Part shown: positions 14,314-28,557 of the stretch, one piece after another
How the letters are laid out: each line of letters begins with the position of its first letter
How positions within the stretch are numbered: the stretch's first letter is position 1
Source: the human T2T-CHM13v2.0 reference genome, Homo sapiens
Strand: one strand, 5' to 3'
Assembly (NCBI RefSeq): GCF_009914755.1
Contig: NC_060932.1
DNA: 64,000 nucleotides
The notes under the pieces: model-generated
What the model saw: the letters and a program-made list of their open reading frames with translations, nothing else
What the model was told of the DNA's origin: nothing
The model's database searches: none
Position numbers and translations under genes: made by a program

Positions 14314-17300
14314 AAAAGAAGGGCTGGGTGAATGTTATGGTAGTTCCAAGGAGAGAAGGTTGGATGTGATCAGGGATGGAGGAAATGAAAATTAGCCTGG
14401 ACCTTGGAAGCTGAGTTCATCTTAGGAATGAAGAGAATAGAAAGATAAAATTTTAGGTGGCAGAAATAGTGCTGCTCAAGCACCCCCATGGTGCTATGCA
14501 GTACCCCTTCACTCATGGAACATTTCCCTCCTAGATCTCACTTGTAACTAAAGCCAGAGTGTTGAACAAGCTGGGCTCGTGGGGTGTGAGAAGAAAGCAA
14601 CATCACTGTGCTCCCATTATCCCTTTAAAATGTATTCAATTGGGAAAGGTCATCCTCTGGCCTCAAATGAAAACTTGTACAATCCAGTGAATTTTCTACT
14701 CACTGGTAATTAATAAAAGTCAGTGTTCCTTTATATCATGAAGTATCCTGCATTCAGATATTGGAATGCCTCTTCATACAATAATCTGCAATCCAAACTT
14801 GATTCCAAGGTCAATCTTCTCCTGTTCCCTGGGTAAGGCCCATGCTAGCTGAGAAGCCTGGAGCTCAGACTTCTCCTTCATTGAGTTACTAAGTGGTTTC
14901 TGCCACTATGGAGTTGGAGAAGGGTAGAAATTAAGGCAAGGGGCACATGAAAATATTTGCTTGCCTGGTATTCTTGTAAGCTGGCTCTATATTCTTTGAG
15001 CACAGCAGATATTCAAAAATGCCTCTTTAAGAGACATTTTTGTGGGTTCTTTGGGGGTCCCTCCAAAATTGCTCTGACCTACAGCTCCCTTGATGCAGAG
15101 GGTGCACACTTCTGTTTCGGCTGATGGTTTATTCCTTCCACATCTCCCAGGAATGTGGCCATAGCTCCAGCTGAGATCTGGGCTCCACTCTAGGCAACTG
15201 TACGGAACGGACAGACTACAATCCCACTCTGACTCTCTTGCATATAGAACATGGAAAGAGTGTTCTATTTTTATCCCTGAAAAGCTCTCAGAGGACAAGC
15301 TGCACAGTGTAGCCATCTCTCCTTTGGATCTTGCAACAGCAGCTGACCAGGACATCTCTTGTCCCTCAAATGTCTCGGGTGGGAGTCAGGCTTAAGTCCA
15401 CTGCAACCTGCAACTTCAAGAGATACACACTCTGCTCTCTGAGTGGTCTTGCTGAAACCCTTCTAGGTAGACTCCAATGAGGGACATGTTCCCTGCCCCT
15501 ACCCACTGAGCTCAGTGGAGAAGCAACCTCTACAAGGAAGTCCTCTTTCTTCTAAATCATCTTGCCTCCTGACACTTTCCTATCCTGGTGTAGGTGAGGC
15601 ACTTAAGAGGGAGCTAACTACTCTTGACCACTGACTTTTCACAAGTTCTTCTGGGTGGTCAATCTCACAACACATTTTGGTGTGTGATAATCTGTTGTCA
15701 TAGGATCTCAGCCAAAACATCCATGTTAACTTCCTTTCATATAATTCTTTACTACTCTGCAACTTTCCCAAGAGTGAAATCCCTGTTTTTTTTTGTTTTT
15801 TTTCACGTTAATAGCCCAGCCTCAGATACAGTATTCAAGAGTCATTGCTTGAATGAATGAATAAACTAATAGATACTGTAGGATTATATAAAGCAGGGTC
15901 CTCAAAATTAAAGATATCAGCTTGACTGAAGAAGAGAGTTTGTTTAGGGAAGGATCAAGATCTAAATAGGAAGGAAGGGCTTAGATAATTGAGGCAGAAA
16001 AAAACTTTATGGACCATGAAGCATAGTGGAAAAAAAGATAGGTTTCAGGGACAGATGGATCCAGGTGAACACTCAGCTCTGCCATTAAAGTTGACTCTGG
16101 ACCAGGAGCAAGGTTCTTAACCTCTCTGGCACTCAGCATTCTCACTGTAAAATAAATATCATCAATGCTATCTCATAAGATTGATATAAAGTTTAATTGA
16201 GACAGTGTATGTAAAACACCTGGAATAGGGCTTATCACACAGTGGGTGGCTGACAGAGGGTAATAATGACTTTAAATCATATTTGAGTACATCTTGTGGG
16301 TCAGGGACTGTGTTAAATGCTTTATTTAATTATTTTATTTAATTTTTACACCAAGCCAATGAGACAGGGAGCAAGTTAGCCTGATTTTAGCACAAAGAAT
16401 TAAAGTTAAATGCCATGCTCAAAGTCACAGAGCTGGTGACAGGCAAACCTGGGATCTGGACTCATATCTCTCTTCCTACAGAGCCTGCTGTATGTTACCC
16501 TGACATCTCATGCATCTTTAATGAAGGATCATTGTGTAGCTGGCATTAAGAGACTCTAGGAAAGAAATGGTAGCAGATATCAAGGAGCAACATGCTTCAG
16601 TCTCACGCTAAAAGCAATTATAATTTTCTTTTCTTAATTAAAATCAAATCTGTGATTTGAAGAATAAAATATTTGCTGGAAATTTCTCAGGAAATAAAAC
16701 ATGTTAGTATGATTGGAGTACACACTGTGGATAGTGACCCACAGTGAGGGTCAGCTGACAGAATGTGTGAAAATGCTTGGAAACCTATAAAGTTCTTCAA
16801 TAAAGGATGGCAGTAGGTTTTCAGAGGACTTGGGAGAGCATGATTACTCTCTTGAAGGCTTGAATCCATCTCTCCCCACCAAGGTCTTCCTCCCACTAAA
16901 AGAACAAGAATGATGCAGAGACAGTGAAGAGTCAAGAGAGGTGAGAATACTGTGGGAATGCACCTCACCAACTTTGAAAGGCCCAAATCCCAAAGGAATG
17001 ACCATCACTCTTGGAAAGACAGAGAAGGCCTGGGGTAGACTTTAGGGTGATTCGGGGCTTGTTTTATCTGATACTGGGACCAAAGCAAATGTGACCTGAA
17101 TATTCAACCCTAAGAATATTCCAGGACACATTATTAACAAGTAGATTGTGTACACCTAGGAATATAAATGGTGAGTATCAAGCCATCCAGGTCAAATTCA
17201 TGAGGTCTGATGGATAGGCAAATGCAGGGCTGGGACACCTTTGGGGCAGCCTAGAAGGAGAGTTTCCCAAGGTCCTGTGGAGCCAGTGGGGCAGGGGAAC

Positions 17301-18094
17301 ACCTCAAATACCTCCACTGGAGCCTCGGAGCTTTAAATAGACCCATATCCTACTTCAGTAAGAACAAAGACAATAACAGCAATAATATCTGCTGTGTAGG
17401 TGCACTCAGTGTGCCAGGCACTGTGCAGAGCATTTTCTACACATGACCCAACTTAACCCCTAACACAACCCTGTAGAGTAGATATTTGAATCACCAGCAT
17501 AACAAAAATGTGGAAAACGAGACACAGAAGGATGTGGTGACTTACTCAAGACCACACAGCCCCCTTGGTAAAATTTGAATTTGAATTCAGGTCTATGCAA
17601 TTTCTAAATCAATGTTCATGATAACTATGGTATCTTAAACATATTAGGAGGTTGAGAGCTAAACTGGAGGCCAAGATGAAGATATAAACAGAGAATGGAA
17701 AGGTGTGAGCAGCAAGCAAAAAAGGAAACAGATACTGGGCTCTGAAAGTGGAGTGCCCCACCTCTATTTCTTGTTAGCTCTATTCCTTCAGTAAGTTATG
17801 CATGTCCTCAGTTTTTTCATCTATAAAATGGGGATATTAATAGCAGCTACCTTCTACGATTGTCGTAAGGATGTGATGAGATAATAACCCGCAAAGCCCT
17901 TAGAACAGTGTCTGGCATGTAAGAAGTGCCATTTTAGCTACAATTACTCTGAAGTGTGGGTGGGCTAGGCTGTGTGTTTGAAACTATCTTCCTGACTGCC
18001 AAGACCAGATGGTTTCCCTAGGAGCTTCTTCAAGAAGCTACAGTGAACTGGAAGAAACTAACATTGGTTTACCCACAGCAAGGCTTGGCAAATA

Positions 18095-18187
18095 TATGGA
18101 TTTCCCTTTCTTAATAGGGATTCAAACTGGGAATGTTCTAGGCATAACAGATGGTGATGTCAACAAAGCCATTAAGGTCTCCTGTGA
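18095..18187 (+). mobile_element. CR1/L3 RT relic
   Basis: translation GNVLGITDGDVNKAIKVSCD resembles CR1 RT GNAVDIVYLDFSKAFDKVSHD. Confidence 0.45.
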
Positions 18188-18195
18188 TTTTTTTT

Positions 18196-18643
18196 CCACA
18201 TTTATTGGTTTATTTTAAAGGATATTACAAAGGATACAGATGAAGAGATTCATATGGTGGGATACTGGGGAAGGGGTGTGGAGTTTCCATGGCCTCCCTG
18301 GGCAAGCCACCCTCCGGGAACCTCCATGCATTCAGCTATCCAGAAGTTCTCTGAATCTTCTTCTCTTGGGTTTTTATAGAGGTTTCACTACTTAAGCATG
18401 ATTGATTAAACCACTGGACATTGATGATCAACTTGACCTTCAGCCCCTCTTTCCTCCCCAGAGGTTGGGGAGTGAGCTGAAAGTCCCCACCCTCTAATCT
18501 TGCCTTGGTCTTTTGGGTGACCAACCTCACCCTGAAACTATCAGACAAAAGACACACAAAAGATAGCAGTGTGGAGAACCCAGGGATTTTAAGAGATCTG
18601 AGCCAGGAACCATGGATGGAAACCAATATATCATAACACCACA
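18196..18643 (-). mobile_element. MER21-type LTR (U3-R only; ends just after the poly(A) signal)
   Basis: minus strand starts TGTGGTGTTATGATATATTGG; ends ...CCTTTAAAATAAACCAATAAATGTGG followed by A8. Confidence 0.85.
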
Positions 18644-19042
18644 GTCCACTCCCTGGTTTTCGACATGGATCCCTTGCATCAAAAGAATATACATAATCAG
18701 TAATAATTAGTCCACTCCATCATATTGCATGAATATCTTCCCAGGGTGAGGCCACTCAGGTTTGCAGGCTTCCTTTTGATCTTGTCAGGTTCTACAAGCA
18801 GGAGAGGCCTGGGTAAATACACAGCTTCACCCTCTCAGGCACCTTGAATCACTGAGCTAAGAGACAGTGTCATCTCTTGCTCTGAAATTCTTTTGAGTAG
18901 TTAACATAATATTGAATTTCCCTCAATTAAGAACCCATGGTTTCATTTCTTTACTCTCAGTTGCCATTTCTCCTTCTCTCCATGAATACCCAAACTTTTT
19001 CACCTTTGGAATGGACATTAGAATGGTCACTGTGCTGATCTA

Positions 19043-19247
19043 GATTATAGGCAGCAATACAAGTCTACCAAGTACGTCCTTCTCAGTCCACTTCCATTCC
19101 GATAGGATGAGGTTATATAAGTGCAGAATTAGTGAACTATTTTTACCACCAGGCACAGTAGCTGCATTTATTCTTAGACCAGTTTTGCTAGATGAAGGCA
19201 CACGCCCATCAGGCCCTTGGAATTCTGATATAAGGTTTAAAAACATA
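19043..19247 (-). pseudogene. ERV-L dUTPase relic (downstream of integrase)
   Basis: GLRINAATVPGGKNSSLILHLYN...WKWTEKDVLGRLVLLP resembles ERV-L dUTPase GVTVLAGVIDPDYQDEISLLLHN...WNTGDPLGRLLVLP. Confidence 0.65.
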
Positions 19248-19566
<319 letters not shown>

Positions 19567-19680
19567 TTAGAAGCCATCCCTGCTTCTGGTACTTGTACTT
19601 GCAGCCCTGGTCCTAGCAGCACTGTGTCAGGTAGCAGAGAAGACACAATTTTTGGATGATTTGGAGAAGAACAAAATTAT

Positions 19681-19971
19681 AGCCAGGTGCAGTGGCTCAC
19701 GCCTGTAATCCCAGCACTTTGGGATGCCAAGGTGGGTGAATCACCTGAGGTCAGGAGTTTGAGACCAGCTTGGCCAACGTGGTGAAACCCCATCTCTACT
19801 AAAAATACAAAAATTAGCCCGGCATGATGGTGCATGACTGTAATCCCAGCTACTCAGGAGGCTGGGGACACAAGAATCCCTTGAATTCGGGAGGCAGAGG
19901 TTGCAGTGAGCTGAGATCACGTCATTGCATCATTGCACTCCAGCCTCGGTGACAGAGCAAGACTCCATCTC

Positions 19972-20003
<32 letters not shown>
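19681..20003 (+). mobile_element. AluSx-like inside the ERV-L internal region
   Basis: Alu dimer with (GAAAA)n tail; TSD-like AAAATTATAG/AAAACTATAG. Confidence 0.96.
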
Positions 20004-20004
<1 letters not shown>

Positions 20005-20179
20005 CTATAGTTGTTATACCAGCATACTCTCTTGACAAAAACTGTATAGCCATACCATCATCCTCCCCAGCTCCTCTTCAACCAGAAAAACAGAAAAAAA
20101 TCTAGTGGGGACACTCTAGTCCCACTCATGCTTTTATCTCCAGCATCCCCAGCCCTTCATGCTTTTATCTCCCCGTTTT

Positions 20180-20690
20180 AGACAACCAATGTTTCCATTG
20201 CCCAGGCTACTTCTCTATTAAACGATTACTCTCAGGAGGATATCTCTCTGCCCATTTTTGGACATTATGGACTGTACAGTGTGCTCCTTGGTCTGAAGAA
20301 ATGATGGTCAGCTGTCCAAGTTGTCCAAAGCCATGCTACACTTCTCTGTTTTTTATGGTACCATGAGCATTTACATCTTCCACCAAGTAAGCAAAGCCCA
20401 CTCCACAGTCAGTGTCTGTGCCTGACAAGGCCCATTTGTCACCCCCCAGGGCTGCTAGCACAAGTCTCACTTCCTAGCTATGTTCAGGGCCTTCGCACCA
20501 GAGAATCTGCCCGATAGCCATTAGCAATCTCTATCTCTTTTCTTTGCATACAAAACAGCTTTTACTGACATTTTGTGCCTGAGAGGTGCAAGAGGACTGT
20601 GTCTAGATTCAGTCTATCTCTGCACTGCCCACATATCCACTCATCTTATGGTCCCAGGTGGCCACCTCAAAGAAGCACGCAGGAATATCT
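20180..20690 (-). pseudogene. ERV-L integrase relic (stops and frameshifts)
   Basis: hand translation: ATWDHKMSGY...SCFVCKEKR (degenerate HHCC), GDKWALSGTDTDCGVGFAY, IISSDQGAHCTVHNVQKWA, PESNRLIEK. Confidence 0.85.
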
Positions 20691-20699
20691 GCTTGTTGA

Positions 20700-21639
<940 letters not shown>

Positions 21640-22143
21640 CAGATGCAGCGATGCATAGGACAAGGTGTGGGGGAAGGAGCACGAAACCCCTTCCTTTTCT
21701 TAAAAGCCCTTTCCATGTCAATACATATCAAGCATAAAGTAACTGTTTAAAAAGAAAAGAAAAAGGCTAGAGGATGGGCTCCTTGGGGGTGATTAAATGA
21801 GATATTTCTGGATATATACAGCCATCAGAGAGAGTTGCACTAGGTGGCCTCACAGAAAAAATTCAAATCCAAGACCCCATCTTTCTTTGCCATGGTGACA
21901 TGAGCTTTTCCCAAAAGGCAGCAACAATAAGTACTGAAATTTGCAAGGCTTTTTCTAGTTTACTTTTCTCTTTCATATACATCATCTAAAACAGCACTCT
22001 GCAAACTTGGCCTAATGCAAAGAGGAATCTTTTCTTTGATTTGCTTGCTTATTTACTCATTTAACAGATTCCTTTTACATGCCTATTATGTCCCAGTCAC
22101 TGTTCCAGGTGCAGAGGATACAACTGTTTAAAAATATAAATTA

Positions 22144-22260
22144 TCCTCTACCACTGCCCCTGGCTCCTCCTCCTTGGGGAGGTCCCCAAGGGGGTATAGG
22201 ACCAAAGGAGAGGCTGAGGATCCTACGGTGCTCTCACCTGAGGCAGGAAGGGTTGCCTCC
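22144..22260 (+). other. Orphan 117-bp GC-rich insertion flanked by a target-site duplication
   Basis: TTT/AAAAATATAAATTA before (22127-22143) and AAAAATATATATATAAATTA after (22261-22280); exact ATATAAATTA in both; interrupts L2. Confidence 0.6.
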
Positions 22261-22716
22261 AAAAATATATATATAAATTAAAAATGCAGTTCCTGCATAA
22301 TAGGGTTTATAATATAGGAACTAAAGGTATATAATAAATACATATGTCAGGCTGTGTTAACCTCCAAGAAAAAAAAAAAAAGCAAAGCATCAGGAAAAGA
22401 GAAGGATCTTTCAGTTGGGAGTTCACAGGAAGTCTTTCTCAGAGAGGGACATGTGAACAGAAATACGAACAAAGTTCGAAATAAGCCACCGAGGGAAAGA
22501 GCATTCCAGGCAGAGGAAACAGTAAATGCAAGGCCCTGAGGAATGGCAGTGGAGCCCTGGAGCCCTGTGGCTGGAGCAGAGTGAGAGCAGGGCAGACGCT
22601 GAGGGATCTGGTCAGAAGTGCAGCTGACAATCAGAGGCCTCTGCTTTGAGTTGTTGTTTAATTTTTTTTTTTAAAGGAGAATCAGAAGTCTATGTCAAAT
22701 TTACAGACCACTATGA

Positions 22717-23082
<366 letters not shown>

Positions 23083-23776
23083 TGAGAGGTTTGGAGCTAA
23101 GGAGTGAAATAATCTAACCTAGCATATGATTTTAAAATATCACCAGGAGAATAGGCCACAAAGGGACACAAATGGAAGCAGAAAGAAGAGTCCGCTGCAA
23201 TAGATGAGGTGGGAGATGAAGTAGCTTAGAACAGCATGGTGGCAGTGGAAGTGGTGAGAAGTAGACAGATTGTTAATGTATTTTGAAGGTAGATCCATCA
23301 GGACAGGAGAGGACAGGAGTCAGGGATGCCTCTAGACTTTCAGGTTGCTCACTTGGAAGAAAGCAGTAGTCATTTTTTAAGAAAGAAAGATTGGGGTAGG
23401 AGTAATCTTGGGAGATACCAGCAGTTCTGTTTTGAACATGTTAAGCTTGAGATGCCTACTAAGCTGGTAGTTGAATGTAAGAGTCTGGAGTATAGAGGAA
23501 AGATTCAGGTTTGAGAGAACAATTGAGGAGTCGTTAGCATGTAAATGGAAGACTCATCGAACAGATGAAGAGATGCTAGTGAGGTGGAGGAGGGCAACAG
23601 AGAGTGAGGTTCTGGCTGCCAAGTGAAGAAATGATTCTACCAGGAAAGGATGACCAACTGGGTCATATAGTCAAGTGAGGCCACTTGAAGATGGAGGATG
23701 GAGCTGAGGATGTCAAATCAATGGCTGGATATAGCCACATGAAGGCCACTGGTGATCTGAATAGAAGGTGGTTTTA

Positions 23777-24101
<325 letters not shown>

Positions 24102-24789
24102 TCAGTAGAACAGTGTAGACCAAGTTCTGCTTAAAATGAGTTGATGGAGAACGGGAAGAGAGTAAATGGTGACAAGTCCAGACAATTCTTTCAAGAACTT
24201 TTCTGCAAAATTTGTTCTATAAACTTTTCTGTAGAGTTTGTAGAGAGATGGAGTGGTTGCTGGTGGGCATCTCAGATCAAGGACAAACTTCAGTTTTTCA
24301 TTTTTCAAAGACAATAGTTGTAGAGAAGAAACATTAATTTCTGAAAACCAGAAATGATCTATTGATTGATCCATGCTGACTATTTAATTATCCAGGAGTC
24401 TATACTAATGAGACACTTCCCTAGATGTGACACACTCGACTGCCCACAGTTACAAAGACAAAAGAGGCCATCCATGTTGAAAGCACCCCATGCTGAGGTG
24501 GGCATAACACCAATTATCTACAATATTCCTAAAGAGGAAGCCAGGAGCCTTCCAAGTTTTTAATGGAGCAAATACATAGTACAAGGAAAACATAAAAATT
24601 AAATTGCTAGAAATTTGACCAAATCATTAGTTAAAAAAAAAAAAAAAAAAAAAATTCTTCTACTTAGCAATCTCCATTCCTAACCTGGAAAATGGTTGGA
24701 ATCATTGAGTTTAAAAACATTTAAATTTGTAATCATTAACTCATTTAAGCCACATAATAACCCAGCAGTGATGTGGATTCCTGTTGCCC

Positions 24790-25308
24790 TTTGTCTACTG
24801 CTATGCAACAAACAGCCCCAAATGTAGGAGGGACAAGACAACTATTTCATTATGCTCATGGAATCTATGGGTTAGGACACTCAGGGCACAGTGTGGAAAG
24901 GTGCATCTCTGCTACACGATGTCAGTGCCTCAGGAGAGAAGGCACAAATGACTGGCAGCAACTTGCAGAGCAGGGTGCTGGAACCATCTGCAGGCTCATT
25001 CACTCATATGTCTGGCTTCTGTGCTGGGATGACCTAAAGGCTGTTGATCAAAGGCCTCTCCCGGATCCTTAGGGTAGTCGCCCTTTCTATATGCACCTCA
25101 GGGTTCCAAGAACAAGTGTTCCAGCAACAGAAACAGAAGCTGCATGGCTTTTTATGACCTCACTTCAGAAGTCCCAGTTTCATTTTTGGTGTACACTCTT
25201 GGTCAAAGCAGTCAGAATTCCACTTAAATTCAAAGGAAGGGGACCCAGAGCCCACCTCTCAAAAGTAATAGTGTCAAAGACTCCCAGCCACGTTTTAAAA
25301 CTACCACA
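24790..25308 (-). mobile_element. MLT1 (G/H-like) solo LTR
   Basis: CTGGAACCATCTGCAGGCTCATTCACTCATATGTCTGG...GCCACGTTTTAAAACTACCACA. Confidence 0.8.
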
Positions 25309-25756
25309 CCCCATCTGGCAGAGGGAAGAAAATTCACACAAGGTGTTAAAATAAACACAATTATTAATAACAAGGTGGTTAAGTAACTTGCCCACGCCAT
25401 ACAGGTAGGTGGCAAAGGTGAAGTCTGGTTTCTTAACCACTGTACCCTTCTCCCTCCTGACCACCCTTGATATAATGGCTCTCCCACTCTTCTCCCCTGC
25501 AATACTTATCCTGGTTACACTGCTTTCTTTTCTCTATAGCACTGTTTACTTCTTGGTCATCAATCTCCCCCTCTACAATGGAAGTTTTGTGAAGACCAGG
25601 ACTTCAGTTCATTCACTGTTATGTCCCTATCCTCTGGGACAATGTGTGGCGTGTAATCTATACTCTAAAAGAAAATTGTCAAATAAAAAATATATTTTCT
25701 TTTTATTTAGACTAATACCAAATATTGAGAAAAAAAACTATAATTCCTAAGACAGC

Positions 25757-25857
25757 CCTGGAGGTTGAGGCTGCAGTGAGCCGTGATTAATTGTACCACT
25801 GTATTCCAGCCTTGGCGACAGAGCAAGATCCTGTCTCAAAAAAATAAAAATTAAAAA
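25757..25857 (+). mobile_element. AluJ 3' end fragment (inverted relative to the adjacent piece)
   Basis: CCTGGAGGTTGAGGCTGCAGTGAGCC...CTGTCTC + A-rich tail. Confidence 0.92.
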
Positions 25858-26082
25858 GCCTCAACCTCCAGGTCTCAAGCCATCCTCAGCTTCCCAAGTA
25901 GCTGGGACTACAGGCACGTGCCACCATGCTCAACTATTTTTTCACTTTTTTTTTTTTTTGTAGAGGTGTCTCCTTGTGTTACCCAGGCTGGTCTCAAACT
26001 CCTGAGCTCAAGGAGTTTGAGCCCCAGCCTCTCAAAGGTAATCTCATGCTGAGATTACAAGCATGAGCCACAATGCCTGGCC
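25858..26082 (-). mobile_element. AluJ lacking its 3' ~85 nt
   Basis: GCCTCAACCTCCAGGTCTCAAGC...GAGCCACAATGCCTGGCC. Confidence 0.92.
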
Positions 26083-26557
26083 TGAGATCAACCTTCCAAA
26101 ATTAAGATCTGCTCAACTACAAACCTTCAAGGTGAAAATTATAATCCCTACACATACTTTCAACTCTATCTCTACAGATTATTGGATTTGTCTCGAGGAG
26201 GCATTAGGTAGCTTTTGCTCTCACAACACTGGGAGGCCACATATTTGGTAGTTGTACATTTTTACTAGTGATATAGTAAAAATAAAAGCCACCAAAAGAA
26301 ATAAATGCCTTTGCTAAACCCATTTTAGCCTTTCCAGAAGGCTGCTCAGGTTGCCCATCTTCACCTGCTCAGGTTGCTCATTTGCTGAGATCCCAATCTC
26401 TCCTCCCTCCCCTGCATCCAGCCCCAGCCCCTACTGTCTTCTCCTCTGGCCCAAGGCCCCAGTTGTCCCAAACTCCCTGCAGTTATTTTACTTGCAGACC
26501 TTTCCTGAAATGTCTTTCCCTCCACTCTTTCTTGTCATCCTCAAATTAAGCATGGCT

Positions 26558-27017
26558 CATGAAGTGGGGGCTGAATGGTACCCCCCAGAGATATGATATC
26601 CTAAGCCCTGGACCTGTGCATGTTACTTTATATGGTAAAGTTTTTGCAGATGGGATTAAATATTTTGAGAGGAACAGATTATTCTGGATTCTCTGGGTGG
26701 GCACTGGATGCCACTAGACGTATCCTTGTAAGAGAAGGGCAGAGGGACAATAGACACACAGAGGCAGAGACTGGAGGGATGTGGCCCCAGTCAAAAAAAA
26801 AAAAATATGTCAGTAGCCCTCAGAAGCTAGAAGAGGCAAAGGAAGAATCCTCCCCTTGAGCCTCCAAAAAAGGCACAACTATAACAACACGTTGATGTTA
26901 GCTCATTGAAACTGACTTTGAAATTCTGGCCTCCAGAACTGTGAAAGAATAAATTTCTGTCTTTTCAAACCACCATGTTTGTGCAAATTTGTTATAGCCA
27001 CCACAGGAAACTAGCAT
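26558..27017 (+). mobile_element. MLT1C/D-like solo LTR
   Basis: GGCTGAATGGTACCCCCCAGAGATATG...CTGGCCTCCAGAACTGTGAAAGAATAAATTTCTGT...CACAGGAAACTA. Confidence 0.85.
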
Positions 27018-27224
27018 GCCTCCTCTAGAAAGCCTGTTCTAACTACTTTTTCCTCCGAGCCTTGGCTAGAGAGTCCCAGCTGCAACTTGTGTTTCCTTCC
27101 AGCAGAACTGTTCTACCAGTGGATGCAAACTCGTCCACTTCCAAGAACCAGCAAATAACATCAATTTGTGAAATGAGTAGAGACTGGTACAAACCAAAGG
27201 GCATATGTCGCTGCAAAGCACCAA

Positions 27225-28065
27225 GAAAGAGATAGGAACCACCACAGAAAGATGGGTGAAGGATATGGAAGGTAATTTACTAAAGAAGGTAACCACCCGA
27301 AGCCCAATAGACATGTGAAGAGTGCTCAAACTCATTAGTCATTAGAAAAAATAAACATAACATGAGACAGACATAAAGCTGGAAAACACCAAGAGTTGGT
27401 GGGACTTGCAGATTTGGGAACATCTACATGCTTCTGGTGGGGGTGAAAATGCTGAAATGAAAAATCAGTTATGAATGCACCACACAACCCAGCTCCCACT
27501 CCTAGATGTGTTCCATAAGGAATCCTCCCCAGTAGGTCCCTCAGGGGAGCATGGGTTGCTTTGTTTCTCACAGACGGTGGCAGAGTAGGGAAGCATCCAT
27601 CCACGTGACCATCTTTGGAGGAGGGAATAAGACTACGCAATGGACATGAACGGAGTAGCCAACAGCAGTTAGAAACCATATGTATACACAACAACAGGAC
27701 AGATCTTCAAGTACCAGGCTGAGTCCAGAAAATAAGAAACAGAATGAGATATCTGAGATAACATCATTTTGTAAATTAAACTCTACACATACAAAGCACT
27801 ATGGATCTTACCAGAACACCTACAAACAGGAAGATAAATGTCAATACATTAGAATCTTGCCTATAGGAAGAGGAAGATGGGCATTAAAAGAGAAATAAAT
27901 AGAAGCAAAGATAAATGAGACGGGATCATTTATCTAATGATAAATTATCTAAGATAAATTTATCTAAGATAAATTGCAGGGACCAATGGTGTTAGGATAA
28001 CACTGTGTAATTGGCTGAAGAGTTTTATTAACTCAACCATCTGAGTTGTCAAGTTTAAAAAAAAA
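27225..28065 (+). mobile_element. Old L1M(E) fragment, ORF2 end/3' UTR
   Basis: AGATGGGTGAAGGATATGGAAGGTAATTTAC...AATAGACATGTGAAGAGTGCTCAAACTCATTAGTCATTAGA. Confidence 0.7.
27928..27975. repeat. three ~15-bp quasi-palindromic tandem units (TTATCTAAGATAAAT)
   Basis: ATTTATCTAATGATAAATTATCTAAGATAAATTTATCTAAGATAAATT read directly. Confidence 0.9.
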
Positions 28066-28099
28066 CATGCTCACCTATGCTGTTTGGAGATTTTGGAGA

Positions 28100-28557
28100 G
28101 AAAGAAGAGCCTCAAATTCTTTGACACTTCTTCCACCAAAGCAATAGAAGTAATGTTGCATGATATCAGAAGCTGGGCCATAAAAGCAATTTTTCCTCCC
28201 AGAATAGTTCCTCTCATACTCATCTGCCATGGCCCCTGGAGAGAGGACATGGAGGTATTCAGGTCAACAGTCCCAACTGAGCCCTGCCTTCAATTCATCC
28301 CAGCTCAGGAGCTGAACATACCAATGAAGAAGGCATGCTGCGAGTGGGCCTCTCAGCCACAGCTCTGCCAGCCCCAAGCTGTTAGAGTACCTCCTAAGAG
28401 TCTTCCTGGCTCAGGCCCCAGACATTGCAGAGCAGAGACAAGCCATCCCCTCTGTGTCCTATTCGAGTTCCTGCCCCATGAAATCTGTGAGCATAATAAG
28501 AGAGCTGTTTTTTTCCACTAAGCTTTGGGGTAGTTTGCATCACTGCTGTAGGCACCA
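28100..28557 (+). mobile_element. MLT1 (H-like) solo LTR
   Basis: CAAATTCTTTGACACTTCTTCC...GAAATCTGTGAGCATAATAA...CCACTAAGCTTTGGGGTAGTTTG. Confidence 0.75.

Noticed and set aside
14987-15355. 122-aa ATG-initiated minus-strand ORF in non-repeat sequence
   Set aside because: No recognisable domain, splice or promoter support; length is within chance expectation.
24598-24654. ATTAAA followed ~30 nt later by A22, suggesting a processed pseudogene end
   Set aside because: No TSD and no recognisable parent mRNA or ORF upstream; an isolated poly(A) expansion is as likely.
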